Under the pieces are notes generated by a model that ran no database searches, was not told the origin of the DNA, and saw nothing but the letters and a program-made list of their open reading frames with translations. From the NCBI RefSeq assembly GCF_009914755.1, contig NC_060925.1: 64,000 nucleotides of DNA. One strand, given 5' to 3'. This DNA is from the human T2T-CHM13v2.0 reference genome, Homo sapiens. The position numbers were made by a program, and so were the translations under genes. Shown in pieces: positions 1 to 13,881 of this stretch. Positions within the stretch are counted from its first letter, which is position 1, and each line of letters opens with the position of its first letter.

Positions 1-731
1 TAATGGGTATAGGGTTTAGGAACTTTAGTCTAAGAAAGGAGAATATTGGATGCCAGAAATTCAGTTTTCTTTCTGTTCCAAGATCCCTTTAGCTAGAGCG
101 ACATATTGAAGTCAGAGTTCCTAAGGGAAAATCATTGTGTATGGAGATCATCCTTGTGGATCAAATGTGAATCAATAGTAGATCAAAAGATATTCCACTT
201 TTGCAGATATTGACATTTGTTGGACCCGTAAGATTTTATCTAGTATTAGATAGATAAGATGTGAACCACTTCTCAACGCTGCAGACTCAAATACTAGGAA
301 ATACTAAGAACCTCAGGACAAACAAATAGCCAGTCCAAAAAGACTCACAGACTAGATAAGCTGTCATCTACCACCTAACAGATAATGTATCCCTGTTAAC
401 CACTATCCCCAGATGTTCATTTCATAAAGTCAAAAACAGAATTCCATGTGGATCATGGAAAAAAATGGTTGACAATGTACAAATGAGAGAGAGAAAAAAT
501 ACTTGTCTAAGAATTACATTTAGTGTCTAAAAGCCAAATAGCTCAATTTCTGCTCATGAGATTCAACAGATGAACTGAGGGAACATATGCCAATAGCTCT
601 GAGATTACAGGTCCGCATGGGATGCCCATAAGGTGCAGGATTCTATTAGCTAAGATTATGTCTCAGGTGGGCAAATCTCTGTGGACATAGCAAGAAAAAA
701 GAAAAACTGTCAAGGAATAATATAGAGACAG

Positions 732-1121
732 TGTGATGGTTAATTTTATGTGTTAACTTGGCTAGACCACAGTGCCCAGGTATGTGGTCAAATATAATTC
801 TGGAGGTTTCTGAGAAAGGGTATTTTGGATGAGAGTAACATTTGCATTAGTAGACTTTGAGTAGAGCAGGTTGCCCCATGTCATGTGGGTGGACCTCATC
901 CAATCAGTTGAAGGCCTGAATGGAATGAGATTGACCTTCCTGGAAGAAGAGGAAATTCTACCAACAGAATATCTTAGGACTCAAATAACAACTCTTCCCT
1001 GGGTCTCCAGTCTGCCTGCCTTGAACTTTCACAATCATGTGAGCTAATTCCTTAAAATAAATCAATAAAAATAGATGATAGATGGATGATTCTGTTTCTC
1101 TGGAGAACCTTGACTAATACA
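732..1121 (+). mobile_element. MLT2-type (ERVL) solo LTR
   Basis: Starts TGTGATGGTTAATTTTATGTG and ends GAGAACCTTGACTAATACA; 5-bp TSD-like flanks GACAG/GATAG. Confidence 0.8.
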
Positions 1122-1339
1122 GATAGCATACTAATTCACCCTTGCCATTTATAGAGGAAAGAGTGGAGTAATAAATATCAGAATATCTTCTCCAGACCTG
1201 GTCACCACAGAAACAAATTATAGCTATACAAAATATCTTGGAAGTTTAGCTGAAGAGATGAGGAGATACTCTACTGCTCAATGTGCGCCATGTCATCTGT
1301 TGTACCTCCCCTTAGTTAAGTCAGGAGGGCAACACTCCC

Positions 1340-1656
1340 TTTATTTTTTATTTTATTTTGTATGTATGTGTGTGTGAGATGGAGTCTCACTCTGTGGCCC
1401 AGGCTGGAGTACAGTGGCGTGATCTTGGCTCACTGCAACCCTGCTTCCCAGGTTCAAGTGATTCTTGTGCTTCAGCCTCCCGAGTAGCTAAGATTACAGG
1501 CACAGGCCACCACCTGTGGTAATTTTTGTGTTTTTAGTAGAGATGGGGCTTCGCTATTTTGGCCAGGCTGGTCTCGAACTCCTGACCTCAGGTGATCCGC
1601 CCACCTCGGCCTTCCAAAGTGCTGGGATTACAGGTGTGAGCCACAGCTCTCGGCCC
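1340..1656 (-). mobile_element. Alu (AluS-like)
   Basis: Antisense Alu dimer with T-rich tail on the left. Confidence 0.9.
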
Positions 1657-2395
1657 CTCTATTTATCAGACAGATGTATAGAAAGTTTATTGTGCTAGCA
1701 AGAGTATGAAGAAAAGGATTCTCTGAGTTGAAAAAACAAATTGGAATATAAATTGGTACCACTTCTATGGAAGGCAAATTTACAGGGCTTATTAATTAAA
1801 ATAAAAAATGTGTACTGTAACCACTATGATACAGCAGTTGCGCTTCCAGAACTCTACCCTATAGAAATCCGTGTACAAATAGCAAAAGATATTTGTACAA
1901 GAATGATGACTGCAGCATTATTTGTAATCGTAAAATCATGGAACAAACTTAATTTAAAAAACAACATGTAAAGGGTTAGATGATGGAATAAACAAAAGAA
2001 GAAATGCCTTCATCAAAAATAATGCAGAGGATAATAATAATCTTGAGTCTACTGATAACATTATTGATCGAGCAATTAGTAAATCTAGGCACATCCTGCA
2101 AATGCGGTATTATTACCATCCTCATATTACAGTTGAAAAAATATTGAGGTACAAATAGCTTGTCAATAGCCCAAAGGCACAAAGAGAAGCAAGATTTCAC
2201 CCAGAACCCGTGAACAGATCACACAAAATTTCTCTTGTTCCCTGGTCCAAGGAACTTCTGTACCTTCCAACTACATTTCTTTCCAACAGAGACCTTCTTG
2301 GAGGATGAGAAGCAGCCACTAGTTGACAGGAGGGGAAGTGAGGCATGTAGTCTTCAAGGGAGCAGACCACCGTGGGAGTTATAAAAGACCAGCGA

Positions 2396-2469
2396 CGCCT
2401 CTGGGTGGGTTCGAACCACCAACCTTTTAGTTAACAGCCAAACGCGCTAGCCGATTGCGCCACAGAGAC
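2396..2469 (-). tRNA. tRNA-Asn (anticodon GTT)
   Basis: Reverse complement is GTCTCTGTGGCGCAATCGGCTAGCGCGTTTGGCTGTTAACTAAAAGGTTGGTGGTTCGAACCCACCCAGAGGCG (74 nt). All four stems pair, A and B boxes are intact, and a TTTT terminator lies at 2386-2383. Confidence 0.95.
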
Positions 2470-2939
2470 ATGGCTGAGCTCCTAATTTCGTTCTATAAGA
2501 GGGTAAGCTGTCACTAAACGCTAGCTAGCACCATCCGCCTTTTGCAAAATGACTGGGTAATCTCCAAAGCCTCGGAAAGCCGGAGCAGTCAGAGCGACGA
2601 ATCTACTTGTTTGTCAAGTTTGAAACCTGTGCATTGAGTGATTCCGAAACGCCCCGCACCCCGCCTTGCCTGCCTCAGAAGCCGGCGCTTCCGGAGATGC
2701 CGGGATCGCGACTCCTGTTAGAGCGACTTGGGCCCCAGGGAAGCTGAAACGCCCAGGGCGCTCAATTAGGACTTGTTGAATTAATAATACATTTGAGAGA
2801 CAGAATATACAATCGAACAATGGCCGGACTATACGTAAAAATATAACTCTGATCCACAACCTGGGGCCACCTGCCCAAGAAATCAACTTCCTTATGTACG
2901 AATAAACAACCGGGGAAGCCAGCCTGCTATTATATAAGT

Positions 2940-3344
2940 CAGACTCACAGGGAGCCAGGCAGTTATCTGTAGTAACAAACAATAACATCCATAACAATCG
3001 GCTCCAAATGGCAAGAGCTTGGTTAGTAACTGACACTTTCCCTAATTTATGTTCCCACTTGCAACTTAGGACCAACCAGGGAAAGCCAAATATGCACCCC
3101 TAACCAAGCACACTGGATGTCCCCCTTCTAGTTAGCCCACAGGCAGCTTCCCCACACCAGCAGTCTCCAATCAGGGCACACCTGAAGCCTTCCCTTTCCT
3201 CAGCTATAAAGCTGTCCCACTCCTCTACCTGCCTTCTAAGCTCTGTCAAAATGCAAGTGCCGGTGGCTGATGCCGGTGGCTGACGCCCTTGCGTCAGAAT
3301 AAATAACCATTGCTTTTTTCATTTGATGGGCCTTCGTTTTCACA
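2940..3344 (+). mobile_element. ERV1 LTR remnant (MER67-like)
   Basis: GGACCAACCAGGGAAAGCCAAATATGCACCCCTAACC core, TATAAA, AATAAA near 3298, ends ..CACA; internal 13-bp tandem duplication at 3258-3283. Confidence 0.55.
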
Positions 3345-4639
3345 CTTTGTCATCTTTAAGCTTTTAGCCCTTTGAAGGATTCTGAGACTGGAAAATAAAT
3401 GAAAGGATTTTTCAAAGGGGGAAGTTCTTTTTTTAAAGGCTTTATTCTAGTCAATTGATTTCCAAGTGTGCAATGTCCCATGGGGTAGGCCACAAAGAGG
3501 CCTAGAGTGCACCATCTGTGCGGCTGCAGCTCCTGGCTCTCAACAGAACTGAGATCTAAGTCCTCATGATCTGATCAGCTTCCAAGGGCCTAAACCTCCT
3601 ATTACCACCAACTTGGGGATTAGGAGTTCAACAAATAAATTTGGTGAGGGGACGCAGACACACAAACATTCAGACCATAGCAATGCATAAAGGTAGCTCA
3701 TCACTGAAGTTTTAATTTGTGTTTCCCTAACGAGTAATGATTTTGAACATTTTTCCTACGTCTTTTGGGGTCAGTGGGCAAGATCAGGAAAGGGGCAGGG
3801 ACCAAAGGAGACATGAAGAGGGAAACAGCAGGGACAATGACACCTCCCAGGAGACTTGTGCAGAGGCAAAGGCTGGATCCTGAGAGATGAGAATTGTTTT
3901 TGTCATGTATTTGAATGGGAAGAAATAGAAAAAGGACATGAAAGAGAAAAAACACAAGAACTTGTAGCTATCCAAGAACAAAACAGGAAAATATCGTGGA
4001 TATTTTTGCATCAAAAATATTAAAAGCAGCCCACTGGCAACCCCAGGTTTATGGTGCACCATGATGATATAATAGTTAGTGCTCTTCATTGTGACCGAAG
4101 CAACCTTGGCTGGAATTGGAGCCACAGTAGCATCTGGCTTCCTTCTTGGCAAGATTTGGTATGTGTTACAGTTTCACTTTTTAAATCCCCTTACCAACTG
4201 CACCCAGTAGCTGTGGTCAGAAAGCAGAGTTTACTGTGTCTCCCTGTGACGCAGTCAGGACAAGAGAAGGAAACCCCCACAGTGCACTAACCTACGGCAG
4301 AATCTTTGGGGAAGGTTAGAAGGGACCGTGTGTCTGAGCATGTGCAGGAACCATCTCAAAAGGTAAAGCCCTGACTCTTCAGGAGCCTTGTCTGTAGCTT
4401 CAACTGACGTAATGGTGTGGTAATAACCATTTTTCTGGCTGAGATATTTCAAAGGTCAGTAAGGCCTTTTTAGATGCAATGACAATGAGCTTTGTATGAG
4501 TTCTCATTCAACAGGGTATTTTACAATAAAATCTGATCATATAAAACCCAATAAATGTAATAGAACCTAAACTTGATGCCATCCTCCACCTCCCCCACCT
4601 AATTATTTGGCGGGGGAACGGGAGCGCTAATAGTACATT

Positions 4640-6020
4640 ATTGAAGTATAATTCACATAGAGTAACATGCACAAATCTTAAGGGCATAGAAACGTAACCA
4701 TCGCCTAGATCAAGTTATAGAAAATTTCCATCAGCCCAGAAAGGTCAATAACCTCCTTTAGATTCCCATCCACCTTCCTTTCACTTAGACAAACCATTCT
4801 GATTTCTATCTTCACAGACGAATGTTGACTGCTTCTGAAATTCACATAAATGAATATACTTTTTTGTGTCTGACTTCTAATTTCCTGCAGCATAATGTTT
4901 TTGAGATGCATCCATGTTTTTAGTATATTATTTTGGTGTTATTGATGACTGTTATTTCTGTGTGGATGACTGGGTTATTTCCAATTCTGGCTCTCGTGAA
5001 CAAAGCTGCTATATTCTAGTACAATTCTTTCTGTAGACATATGCACCCATTTTTCTTCAGTTTATACCTGGAAGTGGAGTTGCTAGGTCATGGAGTAGGT
5101 CTAAATTTAACTTTATTATAAACTGCCAAACAGTTGTCCAAAATGGTTGTGCTATTTTACCTCCTCACCAGCAACGAGAGTATAGTTACTCCACATTCTT
5201 GTCAGTACTTCTTGTCTTTCAAATTTCTTCTATTCAAGCTGTTAAAATACCTTAAACTGAGTAGCTTACAAACAACAGAAATTTATTTCTCACTGTTCTA
5301 GAGGCTGGGAAATCCAAGTTCAAGGTGCCAGCAGACTCTGTGTCTGATGAGGGCTCACTCTCTGGTTCATAGGCTGTGCCTTCTCCATGTGTCCTCACAT
5401 GGTGGAAGGGCAAACAAGCTCCCTCCAGCCTCTTTTATAAAGATACTAATCCTATGCATGAAGGCAGAGTCCTCATGATCTGATCAGCTTCCAAGGGCCT
5501 AAACCTCCTATTACCACCAACTTGGGGATTAGGAGTTCAACAAATAAATTTAGTGGGGGGAGGCAGACACACAAACATTCAGACCATAGCAGTGCATAAA
5601 GGTAGCTCATCACTGAAGTTTTAATTTGTGTTTCCCTAACGAGTAATGATTTTGAACATTTTTTCTTATGTCTTTTGGCCATTTAGAAATTTTGTGTGTG
5701 TGAAGAAAGCCTATTCATGTATTTTGCTCATTTTTAAATAGCTTGGCTTTTATTATTAATGTCTAAAAGTTCTCTCTAAATATTCAATATTTGAGTTATT
5801 TTTCAAATAAGCATACTGCAAATATCTTCTCCCAGTCTTAACAAGGCTTACCTTCTTTCTTGTGGTAATTTTTTGATAAGCAGTTTTTAATTTTGATGAA
5901 ATCCAATTTTCTTATTTTTTGTGACCTCTAAGACATCTTTCCTACCCTATGATTGTGAATATATTTTCCTACATTTTCTTCCAGAAACGTGTTTTTATTT
6001 TTATTTTTAAATCTATAATT
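4640..6020 (-). mobile_element. Old L1 (L1M) 3' region interrupted by a MaLR LTR (MLT1/MST-like, ~5240-5592)
   Basis: Typical antisense L1 3' motifs; MaLR motifs AAACAACAGAAATTTATTTCTCAC...AAACATTCAGACCATAGCA. Confidence 0.7.
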
Positions 6021-6423
6021 CTTCTTAATTTCATCTCCTGATCTCAGCACAATGCTTAACCACTATAAAATCCACAACTTGCAGACCAACAGTTCAATCT
6101 CCCAGAAACTTGTATAACCCTTGATGTAACAACATTTACAGTAGTTTCCTGCTGTGCTCTTTGACAACTATAGATCCTTGCGCTTCCACCCCACTGCCCC
6201 CTTGCCTTCTCCCTTCTCTCTCCTCTTTTCACCCCTACAAGGTGAGAAAACCAGAAAGACCTAAAACTGAGGAGAAGAAAGACCTGGTCTAATCTGTGCT
6301 CAAGATATTAGAGCACAAGAAGAAGAAAGACTGGGTCTGATCTGTGCTCAAACCACACCTGTATTCTGGTTTGTAAGTCTAGTTCTGCCCCTGTGTGGCC
6401 TTGGATAAATAACTTAAACTTTA

Positions 6424-6801
<378 letters not shown>

Positions 6802-6949
6802 TCAGTTTGCCATTGTTAGCTGTGTCTGGATATGGTTGACGATTAATTAGTAATCAATCAGAATGATCTTCCTCATTGTCATTTTCCTCTGCATTATTTT
6901 TGAAAGCAACTATGCTGATGTTTTGCATCTTAAATTAGTTTTTCTTCTA

Positions 6950-8130
6950 AGAATTCCAGTAGATGGACTCATGGAGTATGCCCACTGTTATGTCCAGTTC
7001 TTTCTTTCTGCATAAAGTCTCTGAGTTTTATTCACATTGTTGAGTATATCAGATGTTCATTCCTTTTTATTGCTGAGTAGTATTCCATTGAACGAATATA
7101 CCACAGTTTATTTGCCAGTGTCCTGATAATAGACACTTAGATTGTTTGTAGTTTTGGGTATGTGAATAAAACTGCTATGAACGTTCTTGTTATAATTTGT
7201 GTGTGTGTGTGTGTGTACATATGTTTTAAAGTCTCTTGGAAGAATATCTAGGTGAAGAATTGCTAGGAAAAAAAATGTTTATGTTTAAATGTATAGGAGA
7301 CTGTCAAACCAAAGTGATTATAACATTTTACATTCCCTCTAAAAATGTATGAGTTCTGGGTGTTCCACATCTTCACCAAGATTTGGTGGTTTCTGACTTT
7401 ATAATTTTGCCATGCTAAAATGGCGGAGTGGTATCTCAATCTTGTTTAAGTCTATTTCTCTCACAACTAATGATATTGAGCACTCTTTTATGAACTGACT
7501 GGCCACTAGTATATTTTCTTCTCTGAAATGTCTGTTTAAGCTTTTGCCCATTTTTAAAAATGGGTGTTTCCATTTCTAATACTGAATTGTAGGAGCTAAT
7601 TGTATACTCTGGATACAGGTTCTTGGTCAAATATGTGTTGTGAATATTTTCTCCTCGTCCATGGCTTGCCTTTTCAGTTACTTAATGGTGTCTTTGGATG
7701 AAAAGACATATTTCATATCAACAAAGCCTAATTTATCATTTTTCTGTCTTATTTATTTCTCTGTGTAATATTTAGAAAATATTTGCTTTCTGCCAAGTCT
7801 TAAAGACATTTTCATGCATTTTCTTCTAAAACTTCATAGTTTGTATGGTTTGTTCTGTGATCCAACTCAAATTAGCTTTTGTGTATGTTGTGAGGTAGGG
7901 ATTGAGATTTTTTTCCTCACTAGTAGATATCTAGTTGGTCCAGCACTACTCGTTGAAATGACACTTCTTCCCCATTGTATTGCTTTAGTACCTTTTTTGA
8001 AAAAAAAAATCAATTGACCATATAACAAGGATCTGTTTTAGGTGTCTCACTTCAGTTTCATTTATCAATATGTGTATCCTTTTGCCACATTCACACTGTT
8101 TTGTTTATAGTAATAAACAGCTTAATAGTA
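6950..8130 (-). mobile_element. Old L1 (L1M) fragment
   Basis: Antisense L1 ORF2/3' motifs; ORF-track 7436..7630 resembles decayed L1 ORF2 C-terminus. Confidence 0.7.
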
Positions 8131-8989
8131 AGTCCTCTAGGTTTGACAGCTCAATAAACCTGAAATGTGTACATCCTATGGTGCCACCATGAAAATCAAG
8201 ACATGCTGTCACTTAATCGCTCTCATTTCACTAGAGGACACATGAGCTCATGAATAACGGTTGACCCCTTAGCCAAAGATCCTCTATTGTACCCTCTGGA
8301 GAAAATAAATCTCTAGTTACCTTAAAAGCTGATCTAGAGGTAAAATGTCTGCAACATTCAGCAATGAATTTAGATTATCTTTGAAAAAAAGTTCATTTTC
8401 AAGTTGTTTTTTTTGTTTCGTTTTTTTTTTTTTTTTTTTGCCAAAGAATTTCTTTTTTTTTCTGTTACTTAGTAGCATGAAGTACAATGTTTGGTTTGCA
8501 ATTTCTGTTCTTTGTAGGAAGAAAAACTTTAGTGGAAACAACCAGTACTTAAAGACCATTTTATGAGGCTGTCATTTACGTATTATCTCTTTTGCTGTTT
8601 TTGTTAAAATGATATAAGGTGGGCTTTATATGCTTTCTGTATATCCTTTGGAATGTGTATTTAAATTAAAAACTTAAAATTAAAATATTCATCCTAGACT
8701 CAGGTTAAGTTCCACCAACAGTACACTTAAAATAGGATGAGCCCAACCTAAGCGTACAACCTACCTGCTTCAAGTGTGTAGTTGGTGTGTGTGATACATT
8801 CTCAACAGTATTTGTGTTCCCTGGTGTAGTGATTTTCGTGTTCCTCCCACCCTTGAAAGTCCTCGACTTAAAACCCATCTAGAACATTTCCTTTGCTAAG
8901 ACTTTAAAGTATTCTTTCTTCAAGTTAAGGGCAGTTTTTAAATAGTTATCAGTTGCATTCTTGGAATTCACAGAAAGCTTGGGGAGAAA

Positions 8990-10490
8990 CAATCCAACGG
9001 CACAAGTTCAAGTGCCCAACGGGGTGGAGAAGGGACTGCATACTCACTGGTTGCCAGGCCGAGGTTGTCCGCCTTGCCTGCTTTGGCTGAGACTGGAGAC
9101 GGAAACTCCATTCAACAGCGACTGGAGGACTGAAACAGGGCGCAAGAGGGCGGCTGCCCTTCACCTACCGGTCCCTCCCTGCCTTGGCGCCTTCGGAGTT
9201 CGGACTGACCCGGGATGTTGCTGGAGCCCGCAGGAACTGCAAACTCACCGCGCGCGTCCCTGCACACCCGCACCTGCGCCTCGAGAACTCCTGGCCAGTT
9301 GAATACCCGGTCCCCCGCCGAGCTTCGCTGCAGGTCACAGGAAAGAGGTGCAGGGTTGCGTACCCGGCGGGAGAAGCCGCGCGGAGAGGACCAGGTGCTG
9401 CTACTGGCCTCCGAGAAGACAGGCCTAGAGTAGCTGATTTTGACCTGCAGGGCCAAAGTCTAACGGCGGCCTAAAACCCTAACGTCTGGGCGAGCCGCGG
9501 GTAGCGAGTTGAAGCGATCTCTATGCCTTGCTTGTCGTTTGCCAAAATTCAGACCAAGAAAGAGAATAGTTGTGTGGATCAAAGTCTGCAATTAACCAAA
9601 AAAGAAACATGATCCTGTGTTAGCTTACTTAGGAAAAAAGGAAGAAGGAAGGAAAGAAGGAAGGAAGGGAGGAAAGGATGGAGGGAGGGAAGAAAGATGA
9701 AAAAATCAACCAAAAAAAGAACATGATTTCCTAACTAATCGGATGTGGGTCATGAGAGAAAGACCTGCGTCGAGTTTTTGGCCTGAACGTGTGGAGGGTG
9801 GAGTTGCCATTAACTAACGTGGGAAAAGGCAGGTGTAGTACGTTTTAGAGAAAATATCCGGAATTCCGTTCAGGGCCCTGGGGTCTTCCTTGAAAGAGTT
9901 TTCCATCCAGGCCGTCTCGGTTTCCGCATCCGTCTGAGTCGTTTATGATGTCGGGAATGCAGGAATCTGAGTCCTTTATGATGTTGAGGGTGCCACGGTC
10001 TCACCCCGGGCGCCTCCCCGCTCCAGCCTCCTCCCGGAAGCCTGGTGCGCTCTGGCCCCGCCGACCAGCGACAGTCTCTCCACGCGCTGCCGCCTAGCAA
10101 AGGCGCATCTTTAGGTCGGTAGTGAGGTGCGGCCGGGACGCTGCAACTCGCTCCGGGACTTGTAAACCTGGCAGGTGTTCGAAGAGGGCCACTGGCTGGA
10201 AGGAAAGGAGAGAGCTCTGCACGTCGCGTGTGGGCTCGCAACTTGGAGAAAGCAGGGAGAGGACAGCCTTTTGGGACTATTCCTTGGATGGGCGGGTGGC
10301 ACCAGGAAGGGTAGATGGAGCTTTCTAGAGGTCAATGTCAGCGTAATTTCTGCTGAAACAATTGAAGGAGGAAAAAAAAAAAAGTATGTGCTTTGTGGTT
10401 CCCTGGTAGTCTAGTGGCTAAAGTTTGGCGCTTTCACCGCCGGGACTGGTTGATTCCAGATCAGGGGACTGGGTCTCGGCCTCACTGTGA
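8990..10490. promoter_or_regulatory. CpG island adjacent to tRNA-Glu pseudogene
   Basis: Abrupt rise in GC and CpG density; internal purine-rich GGAA tract at ~9633-9700. Confidence 0.8.
10400..10468 (+). pseudogene. tRNA-Glu (TTC) pseudogene
   Basis: TCCCTGGTAGTCTAGTGGCTAAAGTTTGGCGCTTTCACCGCCGGGACTGGTTGATTCCAGATCAGGGGA resembles tRNA-Glu-TTC; only 69 nt, B box broken (GGTTGATTCC lacks the C), D stem disrupted. Confidence 0.85.
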
Positions 10491-11537
10491 GGTATTGTTC
10501 TTTCCTGTGTTTGCCATCTGCCACCGCTGTGGCTCAATTATTCCAAGACTGCTGGAGAAATGGAATTAATGTCGATCCTAAAATTTAAGCTATTTATCTA
10601 GGATAAATTCCAAATAGTGGAACTGCTAGGTGAAATTTATTGTGAATTTAAGATTCCGATGTATACAGCCCTACAACGTATAAGCACCAATTACATTCCC
10701 CAAAGTGTGTGAGACTGCGTCTTTTCCCCAGAATTTGGAACCAATGCTAGAAATTATCAGTCTTTTAGAGATAATTTTAAGCTTATTTATCATCAAAGGA
10801 TTTCTTCATAGTCAATTTCCCCTTAGACTATAAATCCGCAAGAGATGGCAAAGCTGGAAGAACTGCCTAGAATTTCAGCAAACTTGAATTCAATAGTCTC
10901 TCTGTTCTTTCCTGTTTTGGCACCTACCCTTTTCTTCCAGTTAAGATTGGACACAATAGAAAAATAATTAATAAATGTAATAAAAATGTAAGCCTGGACG
11001 TTTTGCTCACAGTGTTCTCACTGGGTCTAAATTTTGTGAATGTGGTTCCTTGGATAGTCTCATGGGTATGCTTGAGACTTTAGGCCCTTGGGACACCTGG
11101 TGCACAGAAGGGTCCCAAAACCCATCTTTGGAAGTGTTGGCAGAGTAAATAGGCACCAGTAATAAAGGCAACGGCGCCTGAAGACCTAAGGCTGGTTTAA
11201 ACCAAAGCAGATTTTTCAAAACCAGAGAGGGCTTGTGTTCATAATTTAATAATTTAATTTTTATTTTGATGAAATTTAAATTTGATTTAAATTTTCATAA
11301 TTTAATTTTCATTTTGATGGCCACTTTATTTTGACAAAGACACTAGTGGAGGAAAGTCTCTTTATTGGATCATCAATTTCCCTATAAATCTTTGTCTCAG
11401 AAAAATTTAATAATAATTTCATAATAAATTATAATAAATAATGTTTCACATCTTACATTATTCACTTTTGATTTAGTTGGCTTGTGCTGTCAATATGTTG
11501 CCCACTGTATAACACTACCTGATGAATTACATTCAAC

Positions 11538-11622
11538 TATGTAGTAATACATATTACTACATATACACACACACGTATACATGTGTATATACATGTATAC
11601 GTGTGTGTGTATATATATATAT
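11538..11622. repeat. Palindromic AT/CA microsatellite
   Basis: Two perfect inverted repeats with 12-bp and 24-bp arms; the larger is alternating purine/pyrimidine. Confidence 0.85.
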
Positions 11623-13577
11623 AACCATATGTAATTTCAAAAGGTAAATTAAATATAATGGGACAGTGTTGGTAACCTCTTAGATAGTGTAGGGCTAAGA
11701 TAGCTGAATTTATGGCATGGTGTTGTATACTTCAGATATCTATGCTGTAATATTAAAATGGCATTTCCTTGGCCCACTAAATTGTCCATTTCCTGGCCCA
11801 AAAAGATACGCGAAAGGAGTGAAAATGGGAAGAAAATAGCCTTTTGAAGGACTTGCCTAATAAACTTCTCCCTTAGCATTACTTGGAGTGACATCAGAAA
11901 ATTGGAATGAAGTAATTGTGTAATGTAAAAAAGACAAATTCTCTGCTGTCTTTCTCCCCCAATCCTTAATAAACAAAGGAGGAAACCTAGACTCAGGTTA
12001 GGTTTTCTCTTCTTATTCTTTACATACCAGGACAAGTACTGAGCTTGTTTGTTACTATATGGGGACTTAGTATATTGTACAAAGGGGTGTGGCTATTACT
12101 ATCCCTTTTCTACCAGAGCATCAAAACTGGTAACTTGGCTGGTGTTAACGGGAGCTTCTAACCTTGAATTCCCACTCCATGTGACTTCTTTCTGGTTCTC
12201 TCTTCTCAGAGAACTTGCAGCCATCAGATTCATTTGGAGAAGTTTGATAAAGGTTACTTTACGCTTAGACAGAAGAAAAAACCCTAAGGTCTTGAACTGA
12301 GCCTTATCCTCTGATACAGTTTACTGGAATTCCCTCCACTGTGGCACAAGCCCTGCTGTAAATTGTGATTATCTATACCTTGTCAGTTTTATCTATGTAT
12401 ATATCTTTTACAGTAATCCCCACATCCACCAGAGAACCTAGGTTATTGGCAGAATGAGGTTTGGGAATTCTGGTCCTCTGGCCAGACACTATCAGTTAGT
12501 ACTCTGATTCCACCATTTTTGAAATTATATACAACAAATTTTAAGTATTGTTTATTTTGGAGAGTTCAGGTTAAAGGAAATGAAGACTATTATTCAGTAT
12601 TATTTCTGTAATTTTGTAATTTTAACCATAACATAGGTTTCTTATCAAAACGTATGGAAGCCAGAAAGCAGTGAAGCAACAATATTTTCTCCAAAACGAA
12701 CAGGCCAAACTTTGGCAGGAGTGACAAATCTGGCATGCAATGGTGGCTTCTATATCAGAAATCAAGTCTTTTACTTTGTGAGAGCACGAGTTTTTAGTTT
12801 TTTGTCTTCCTTTTGGCTGCCAGAGGAATTGAACATTGTGAATTCATTGGCATAGTCCCAAGAAACTTTACTTGGCAAGCAAGCTATTGATTTTGGCGGG
12901 GGTGGGATGGTGTTTATCAGTCACCCCTACTAGCAGAGATGTGATAACACTGCAGTCAGAGTAGTTGAGTTTTAAAATTTTGACTTGCCAACCAACAGAA
13001 CATTATTTATATGGTAAAACTTAGACATCAGAGGCTACAGGCACTCAGGCTAAATTCTGACCCATTCATTGGTGACAAATGTTAAGGGATTTTTGCCCCA
13101 TTAGCCCTTTTTTTACTCATGATGGTACTCTGAACAGAAGAATCTCCTCTAACAATTTAAGACCATTCATTGTATAAGCATGTAAATCATCAATCTCAAT
13201 GACACATTTTCACAACTATACACTGAATTGGCTCAGAGGCTTCACTCATAACTTTAACTTTTTTTCCCCCTTTACTACAAGTTTTACCCAAACTCTGTCA
13301 GTTGAATTCACACTCTACAGGAACACATATCAAGAAGTTTAACACATGCACTTTAGTTACAGCAGCACCTGCCAGGAGAATATCTTACCTCCTTGACTGA
13401 GAGTTCAAGGAGTGCAGGGAGATGTGACCAGCCATCAAGATGCAGTAGAGAGACTTCTTTCGTTAAAGTACCTGAGTCAGGTTGAGGGGAAGAGAAGAAT
13501 TAGGAGCACAAAGAGAGCAGGCACACCACAGGAAGCACAACTCTGCAATTGCTTTTGGTTTTAAGAGGCTGTCCATT

Positions 13578-13881
<304 letters not shown>

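Noticed and set aside
1-720. Possible Gypsy/integrase-like relic
   Set aside because: Only a few residues of resemblance; cannot be supported without a search
8949-10414. ORFs in the first CpG island
   Set aside because: Same GC artefact; no family resemblance
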